NCBI GenBank assembly: GCA_964016885.1
Contig: OZ024760.1
Location: forward strand, 32,550,001 to 32,614,000
DNA: 64,000 nt
Reading direction: 5' to 3'
From: Eledone cirrhosa
Lineage: Eukaryota
This document shows, piece by piece, positions 52,010 to 61,190 of the stretch (its first letter is position 1; the number at the start of each line of letters is the position of its first letter). Below the pieces are notes generated by a model. That model saw nothing but the letters and a program-made list of their open reading frames with translations, had not been told where the DNA came from and made no database searches. A program made the position numbers and the translations under genes.

Positions 52010-55000
52010 CTCAAGACAGAAAGCACCCAGTCCTCCACGTACAGTGGTTGTGTAGGTCTCAAGACAGAAAGAACCCAGTCCACCCTGTACAGTGGTTGTG
52101 CAGGTCTCAAGACAGAAATCACCCAGTCCACCCTGTACAGTGGTTGTGTAGGTCTCATGACAGAAAGCACACAGTCCACACTGTACAGTGGTTGTGTAGA
52201 TCTCAAGACAGAAAGCACCCAGTCCACCCTGTACAGTGGTTGTGCAGGTCTCAAGACAGAAAGCACCCAGTCCACCCTGTACAGTGGTTGTGTAGGTCCC
52301 AAGACAGAAGCACCCGGTCCACACTGTACAGTGGTTGTGTAGGTTTCAAGACAGAAAGCATCCAGTCCTCCCTGTACAGTGGTTGTGTAGGTCTCAAGAC
52401 AGAAATCACCCAGACCACCCTGTACAGTGGTTGTGTAGGTCTCAAGACAGAAAGCACCCAGTCCACCCTGTAGAGTGGTTGTGTAGGTGTCAAGACAGAA
52501 AGCACCCAGTCCACAGTGTACAGTAGTTGTGTAGGTCTCAAGACAGAAAGTGCCCAGTCCACCCTGTACAGTGGTTGTGTAGGTCTCAAGACAGAAATCA
52601 CCCATTCCACCCTGTACAGTGGTTGTGTAGGTCCACCCTGTAGTGTGGTTGTGTAGGTCTCAAGACAGAAAGCACCCAGACCACCCTGTACAGTGGTCGT
52701 GTAGGTCTCAAGACAGAAAGTGCCCAGTCCACCCTGTACAGTGGTTGTGTAGGTCTCAAGACAGAAATCACCCAGTCCACCCTGTACGGTGGTTGTGTAG
52801 GTCTCAAGACAGAATGCACCCAGTCCACCCTGTACAGTGGTTGTGTAGGTCTCAAGACAGAAAGGACCCAGTCCACACTGTACAGTGGTTGTGTAGGTCT
52901 CAAGACAGAAAGCACCCAGTCCTCCCTGTACAGTGGTTGTGTAGGTCTCAAGACAGAAATCACCCAGTCCACCCTGTACAGTGGTTGTGTAGGTCTCAAG
53001 ACAGAAAGCACCCAGTCCACCCTGTACAGTGGTTGTGTAGGTCTCAAGACAGAAAGCAACCAGTCCACCCTGTACAGTGGTTGTGTAGGTCTCAAGACAG
53101 AAAGCACCCAGTCCACCCTGTAGTGTGGTTGTGTAGGTCTCAAGACAGAAAGCACCCAGACCACCCTGTACAGTGGTCGTGTAGGTCTCAAGACAGAAAG
53201 TGCCCAGTCCACCCTGTACAGTGGTTGTGTAGGTCTCAAGACAGAAATCACCCAGTCCACCCTGTACGGTGGTTGTGTAGGTCTCAGGACAGAATGCACC
53301 CAGTCCACCCTGTACAGTGGTTGTGTAGGTCTCAAGACAGAAAGGACCCAGTCCACACTGTACAGTGGTTGTGTAGGTCTCAAGACAGAAAGCACCCAGT
53401 CCTCCCTGTACAGTGGTTGTGTAGGTCTCAAGACAGAAATCAGCCAGTCCACCCTGTACAGTGGTTGTGCAGGTCTCAAGACAGAAATCACCCAGTCCAC
53501 CCTGTACAGTGGTTGTGTAGGTCTCAAGACAGAAAGCAACCAGCCCACCGTGTACAGTGGTTGTGTAGGTCTCAAGACAGAAAGCAACTAGTCCACCCTG
53601 TACAGTGGTTGTGTAGGTCTCAAGACAGAAATCACCCAGTCCACCCTGTACAGTGGTTGTGCAGGTCTCAAGACAGAAATCACCCAGTCCACCCTGTACA
53701 GTGGTTGTGTAGGTCTCAAGACAGAAAGCACCCAGTCCACCCTGTACAGTGGTTGTGTAGGTCTCAAGACAGAAAGCAACCAGTCCACCCTGTACAGTGG
53801 TTGTGTAGGTCTCAAGACAGAAAGCACCCAGTCCACCCTGTAGTGTGGTTGTGTAGGTCTCAAGACAGAAAGCACCCAGACCACCCTGTACAGTGGTCGT
53901 GTAGGTCTCAAGACAGAAAGTGCCCAGTCCACCCTGTACAGTGGTTGTGTAGGTCTCAAGACAGAAATCACCCAGTCCACCCTGTACAGTGGTTGTGTAG
54001 GTCTCAAGACAGAAAGCACCCAGTCCACCCTGTACAGTGGTTGTGTAGGTCTCAAGACAGAAAGAACCCAGTCCACACTGTACAGTGGTTGTATAGGTCT
54101 CAAGACAGAAAGCACCCAGTCCAGCCTGTACAATGGTTGTATAGGTCTCAAGACAGAAAGTGCCCAGCCCACCCTGTACAGTGGTTGTGTAGGTCTCAAG
54201 ACAGAAAGCACCCAGTCCACCCTGTACAGTGGTTGTGTAGGTCTCAAGACAGAAATCACCCAGTCCACCCTGTACGGTGGTTGTGTAGGTCTCAAGACAG
54301 AATGCACCCAGTCCACCCTGTACAGTGGTTGTGTAGGTCTCAAGACAGAAAGGACCCAGTCCACACTGTACAGTGGTTGTGTAGGTCTCAAGACAGAAAG
54401 CACCCAGTCCTCCCTGTACAGTGGTTGTGTAGGTCTCAAGACAGAAAGCACGCAGTCCACCCTGTACAGTGGCTGTGTAGGTCTCAAGACAGAAAGCACC
54501 CAGTCCACCCTGTACACTGGTTGTGTAGGTCTCAAGACAGAAAGCACCCAGTCCACCCTGTACAGTGGTTGATTAGGTCTCAAGACAGAAAGCACCCAGT
54601 CCTCCATGTACAGTGGTTGTGTAGGTCTCAAGACAGAAAGCACCCAGTCCACCCTGTACAGTGTTTGTGCAGGTCTCAAGACAGAAAGCACCCAGTCCAC
54701 CCTGTACAGTGGTTGTGTAGGTCCCAAGACAGAAGCACCCGGTCCACACTGTACAGTGGTTGTGTAGGTCTCAAGACAGAAAGCATCCAGTCCTCCCTGT
54801 ACAGTGGTTGTGTAGGTCTCAAGACAGAAATCACCCAGACCACCCTGTACAGTGGTTGTGTAGGCCTCAAGACAGAAAGCACCTAGTCCACCCTGTAGAG
54901 TGGTTGTGTAGGTGTCAAGACAGAAAGCACCCAGTCCACAGTGTACAGTGGTTGTGTAGGTCTCTCGACAGAAAGCACCCAGTCCATCCTGTACAGTGGT

Positions 55001-58000
55001 TGTGTAGGTCTCAAGACAGAAAGCACCCAGTCCACCTTGTACAGTGGTTGTGTAGGTCTCAAGACAGAAAGCACCCAGTCCACACTGTACAGTGGTTGTG
55101 TAGGTCTCAAGACAGAAAGCACCCAGTCCACCCTGTACAGTGGTTGTGTAGGTCTCAAGACAGAAAGTGCCCAGTCCACCCTGTACAGTGGTTGTGTAGG
55201 TCTCAAGACAGAAATCACCCAGTCCACCCTGTACAGTGGTTGTGTAGGTCTCAAGACAGAAAGCACACAGTCCACCCTGTACAGTGGTTGTGTAGGTCTC
55301 AAGACAGAAAGAACCCAGTCCACACTGTACAGTGGTTGTGTAGGTCTCAAGACAGAAAGCACCCAGTCCACACTGTACAGTGGTTGTGTAGGTCTCAAGA
55401 CAGAATGCACCCAGACCACCCTGTACAGTGGTCGTGTAGGTCACAAGACAGAAAGTGCCCAGTCCACCCTGTACAGTGGTTGTGTAGGTCTCAAGACAGA
55501 AATCACCCAGTCCACCATGTACGGTGGTTGTGTAGGTCTCAAGACAGAATGCACGCAGTCCACCCTGTACAGTGGTTGTGTAGGTCTCAAGACAGAAAGG
55601 ACCCAGTCCACACTGTACAGTGGTTGTGTAGGTCTCAAGACAGAAAGCACCCAGTCCTCCCTGTACAGTGGTTGAGTAGGTCTGAAGACAGAAAGCACCT
55701 AGTCCACCCTGTACAGTGGTCGTGTAGCTCTCAAGACAGAAAGCACCCAGTCCACCCTGTAGAGTGGCTATGTAGGTCTCAAGACAGAAATCATCCAGTC
55801 CACCCTGTACAGTGGTTGTGTAGGTCTCAAGACAGAAAGCACCCAGTCCACCCTGTGCAGTGGCTGTGTAGGTCTCAAGACAGAAAGCACACAGTCCACC
55901 CTGTACACTGGTTGTGTAGGTCTCAAGACAGAAAGCACCCAGTCCACCCTGTACAGTGGTTCTTTAGGTCTCAAGACAGAAAGCACCCAGTCCTCCACGT
56001 ACAGTGGTTGTGTAGGTCTCAAGACAGAAAGCACAAAGTCCACACTGTACAGTGGTTGTGTAGTTCTCAAGACAGAAAGCACACAGTCCACACTGTACAG
56101 TGGTTGTGTAGGTCTCAAGACAGAAAGCACCCAGTCCACCCTGTACAGTGGTTGTGCAGGTCTCAAGACAGAAAGCACCCAGTACTCCCTGTACAGTGGT
56201 TGTGTAGGTCTCGAGACAGAAATCACCCAGTCCATCCTGTACAGTGGTTGTGTAGGTCTCAAGACAGAAAGCACCCAGTCCACAGTGTACAGTGGTTGTG
56301 TAGGTCTCTAGACAGAAAGCACCCAGTCCATCCTGTACAGTGGTTGTGTAGGTCTCAAGACAGAAATCACCCAGTCCATCCTGTACAGTGGTTGTGTAGG
56401 TCTCAAGACAGAAAGTGCCCAGTCCACCCTGTACAGTGGTTTTGTAGGTCTCAAGACAGAAAGCACCCAGTCCACCCTGTACAGTGGTTGTGTAGGTCTC
56501 AAGACAGAAATCACACAGTCCACCCTATACAGTGGTTGTGTAGGTCTCAAGACAGAAAGCACCTAGTCCACCCTGTACAGTGGTTGTGTAGGTCTCAAGA
56601 CAGAAAACACCCAGTCCACCCTGTACAGTGGTTGTGCAGGTCTCAAGACAGAAAGCACCCAGTCCTCCACGTACAGTGGTTGTGTAGGTCTCAAGACAGA
56701 AAGAACCCAGTCCACCCTGTACAGTGGTTGTGCAGGTCTCAAGACAGAAATCACCCAGTCAACCCTGTACAGTGGTTGTGTAGGTCTCATGACAGAAAGC
56801 ACACAGTCCACACTGTACAGTGGTTGTGTAGATCTCAAGACAGAAAGCACCCAGTCCACCCTGTACAGTGGTTGTGCAGGTCTCAAGACAGAAAGCACCC
56901 AGTCCACCCTGTACAGTGGTTGTGTAGGTCCCAAGACAGAAGCACCCGGTCCACACTGTACAGTGGTTGTGTAGGTCTCAAGACAGAAATCACCCAGACC
57001 ACCCTGTACAGTGGTTGTGTAGGTCTCAAGACAGAAAGCACCCAGTCCACCCTGTAGAGTGGTTGTGTAGGTGTCAAGACAGAAAGCACCCAGTCCACAG
57101 TGTACAGTAGTTGTGTAGGTCTCAAGACAGAAAGTGCCCAGTCCACCCTGTACAGTGGTTGTGTAGGTCTCAAGACAGAAATCACCCATTCCACCCTGTA
57201 CAGTGGTTGTGTAGGTCCACCCTGTAGTGTGGTTGTGTAGGTCTCAAGACAGAAAGCACCCAGACCACCCTGTACAGTGGTCGTGTAGGTCTCAAGACAG
57301 AAAGTGCCCAGTCCACCCTGTACAGTGGTTGTGTAGGTCTCAAGACAGAAATCACCCAGTCCACCCTGTACGGTGGTTGTGTAGGTCTCAAGACAGAATG
57401 CACCCAGTCCACCCTGTACAGTGGTTGTGTAGGTCTCAAGACAGAAAGGACCCAGTCCACACTGTACAGTGGTTGTGTAGGTCTCAAGACAGAAAGCACC
57501 CAGTCCTCCCTGTACAGTGGTTGTGTAGGTCTCAAGAGAGAAATCACCCAGTCCACCCTGTACAGTGGTTGTGTAGGTCTCAAGACAGAAAGCACCCAGT
57601 CCACCCTGTACAGTGGTTGTGTAGGTCTCAAGACAGAAAGCAACCAGTCCACCCTGTACAGTGGTTGTGTAGGTCTCAAGACAGAAAGCACCCAGTCCAC
57701 CCTGTAGTGTGGTTGTGTAGGTCTCAAGACAGAAAGCACCCAGACCACCCTGTACAGTGGTCGTGTAGGTCTCAAGACAGAAAGTGCCCAGTCCACCCTG
57801 TACAGTGGTTGTGTAGGTCTCAAGACAGAAATCACCCAGTCCACCCTGTACGGTGGTTGTGTAGGTCTCAGGACAGAATGCACCCAGTCCACCCTGTACA
57901 GTGGTTGTGTAGGTCTCAAGACAGAAAGGACCCAGTCCACACTGTACAGTGGTTGTGTAGGTCTCAAGACAGAAAGCACCCAGTCCTCCCTGTACAGTGG

Positions 58001-61000
58001 TTGTGTAGGTCTCAAGACAGAAATCAGCCAGTCCACCCTGTACAGTGGTTGTGCAGGTCTCAAGACAGAAATCACCCAGTCCACCCTGTACAGTGGTTGT
58101 GTAGGTCTCAAGACAGAAAGCAACCAGCCCACCGTGTACAGTGGTTGTGTAGGTCTCAAGACAGAAAGCAACTAGTCCACCCTGTACAGTGGTTGTGTAG
58201 GTCTCAAGACAGAAATCACCCAGTCCACCCTGTACAGTGGTTGTGCAGGTCTCAAGACAGAAATCACCCAGTCCACCCTGTACAGTGGTTGTGTAGGTCT
58301 CAAGACAGAAAGCACCCAGTCCACCCTGTACAGTGGTTGTGTAGGTCTCAAGACAGAAAGCAACCAGTCCACCCTGTACAGTGGTTGTGTAGGTCTCAAG
58401 ACAGAAAGCACCCAGTCCACCCTGTAGTGTGGTTGTGTAGGTCTCAAGACAGAAAGCACCCAGACCACCCTGTACAGTGGTCGTGTAGGTCTCAAGACAG
58501 AAAGTGCCCAGTCCACCCTGTACAGTGGTTGTGTAGGTCTCAAGACAGAAATCACCCAGTCCACCCTGTACAGTGGTTGTGTAGGTCTCAAGACAGAAAG
58601 CACCCAGTCCACCCTGTACAGTGGTTGTGTAGGTCTCAAGACAGAAAGAACCCAGTCCACACTGTACAGTGGTTGTATAGGTCTCAAGACAGAAAGCACC
58701 CAGTCCAGCCTGTACAATGGTTGTATAGGTCTCAAGACAGAAAGTGCCCAGCCCACCCTGTACAGTGGTTGTGTAGGTCTCAAGACAGAAAGCACCCAGT
58801 CCACCCTGTACGGTGGTTGTGTAGGTCTCAAGACAGAATGCACCCAGTCCACCCTGTACAGTGGTTGTGTAGGTCTCAAGACAGAAAGGACCCAGTCCAC
58901 ACTGTACAGTGGTTGTGTAGGTCTCAAGACAGAAAGCACCCAGTCCTCCCTGTACAGTGGTTGTGTAGGTCTCAAGACTGAAAGCACGCAGTCCACCCTG
59001 TACAGTGGCTGTGTAGGTCTCAAGACAGAAAGCACCCAGTCCACCCTGTACACTGGTTGTGTAGGTCTCAAGACAGAAAGCACCCAGTCCACCCTGTACA
59101 GTGGTTGATTAGGTCTCAAGACAGAAAGCACCCAGTCCTCCATGTACAGTGGTTGTGTAGGTCTCAAGACAGAAAGCACCCAGTCCACCCTGTACAGTGT
59201 TTGTGCAGGTCTCAAGACAGAAAGCACCCAGTCCACCCTGTACAGTGGTTGTGTAGGTCCCAAGACAGAAGCACCCGGTCCACACTGTACAGTGGTTGTG
59301 TAGGTCTCAAGACAGAAAGCATCCAGTCCTCCCTGTACAGTGGTTGTGTAGGTCTCAAGACAGAAATCACCCAGACCACCCTGTACAGTGGTTGTGTAGG
59401 CCTCAAGACAGAAAGCACCTAGTCCACCCTGTAGAGTGGTTGTGTAGGTGTCAAGACAGAAAGCACCCAGTCCACAGTGTACAGTGGTTGTGTAGGTCTC
59501 TCGACAGAAAGCACCCAGTCCATCCTGTACAGTGGTTGTGTAGGTCTCAAGACAGAAAGCACCCAGTCCACCTTGTACAGTGGTTGTGTAGGTCTCAAGA
59601 CAGAAAGCACCCAGTCCACACTGTACAGTGGTTGTGTAGGTCTCAAGACAGAAAGCACCCAGTCCACCCTGTACAGTGGTTGTGTAGGTCTCAAGACAGA
59701 AAGTGCCCAGTCCACCCTGTACAGTGGTTGTGTAGGTCTCAAGACAGAAATCACCCAGTCCACCCTGTACAGTGGTTGTGTAGGTCTCAAGACAGAAAGC
59801 ACACAGTCCACCCTGTACAGTGGTTGTGTAGGTCTCAAGACAGAAAGAACCCAGTCCACACTGTACAGTGGTTGTGTAGGTCTCAAGACAGAAAGCACCC
59901 AGTCCACACTGTACAGTGGTTGTGTAGGTCTCAAGACAGAATGCACCCAGACCACCCTGTACAGTGGTCGTGTAGGTCACAAGACAGAAAGTGCCCAGTC
60001 CACCCTGTACAGTGGTTGTGTAGGTCTCAAGACAGAAATCACCCAGTCCACCCTGTGCAGTGGCTGTGTAGGTCTCAAGACAGAAAGCACACAGTCTACC
60101 CTGTACACTGGTTGTGTAGGTCTCAAGACAGAAAGCACCCAGTCCACCCTGTACAGTGGTTGTGTAGGTCTCAAGACAGAAAGGACCCAGTCCACACTGT
60201 ACAGTGGTTGTGTAGGTCTCAAGACAGAAAGCACCCAGTCCTCCCTGTACAGTGGTTGAGTAGGTCTGAAGACAGAAAGCACCTAGTCCACCCTGTACAG
60301 TGGTCGTGTAGCTCTCAAGACAGAAAGCACCCAGTCCACCCTGTAGAGTGGCTATGTAGGTCTCAAGACAGAAATCATCCAGTCCACCCTGTACAGTGGT
60401 TGTGTAGGTCTCAAGACAGAAAGCACCCAGTCCACCCTGTGCAGTGGCTGTGTAGGTCTCAAGACAGAAAGCACACAGTCCACCCTGTACACTGGTTGTG
60501 TAGGTCTCAAGACAGAAAGCACCCAGTCCACCCTGTACAGTGGTTCTTTAGGTCTCAAGACAGAAAGCACCCAGTCCTCCACGTACAGTGGTTGTGTAGG
60601 TCTCAAGACAGAAAGCACAAAGTCCACACTGTACAGTGGTTGTGTAGGTCTCAAGACAGAAAGCACACAGTCCACACTGTACAGTGGTTGTGTAGGTCTC
60701 AAGACAGAAAGCACCCAGTCCACCCTGTACAGTGGTTGTGCAGGTCTCAAGACAGAAAGCACCCAGTACTCCCTGTACAGTGGTTGTGTAGGTCTCGAGA
60801 CAGAAATCACCCAGTCCATCCTGTACCGTGGTTGTGTAGGTCTCAAGACAGAAAGCACCCAGTCCACAGTGTACAGTGGTTGTGTAGGTCTCTAGACAGA
60901 AAGCACCCAGTCCATCCTGTACAGTGGTTGTGTAGGTCTCAAGACAGAAATCACCCAGTCCATCCTGTACAGTGGTTGTGTAGGTCTCAAGACAGAAAGT

Positions 61001-61190
61001 GCCCAGTCCACCCTGTACAGTGGTTTTGTAGGTCTCAAGACAGAAAGCACCCAGTCCACCCTGTACAGTGGTTGTGTAGGTCTCAAGACAGAAATCACAC
61101 AGTCCACCCTATACAGTGGTTGTGTAGGTCTCAAGACAGAAAGCACCTAGTCCACCCTGTACAGTGGTTGTGTAGGTCTCAAGACAGAAA
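52010..61190. repeat. Tandem duplication of ~4.58 kb (about 96 units) carrying a 26-bp truncated monomer
   Basis: ORF pairs 52598/57182, 53588/58172 and 55768/60352 are offset by 4584; 54760/59296 by 4536. Private variants TGATTAGG, AGGCCTC, GTCACAAG and TTCTTTAGG are shared. A third partial copy lies at about 62400-63600. Confidence 0.88.
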
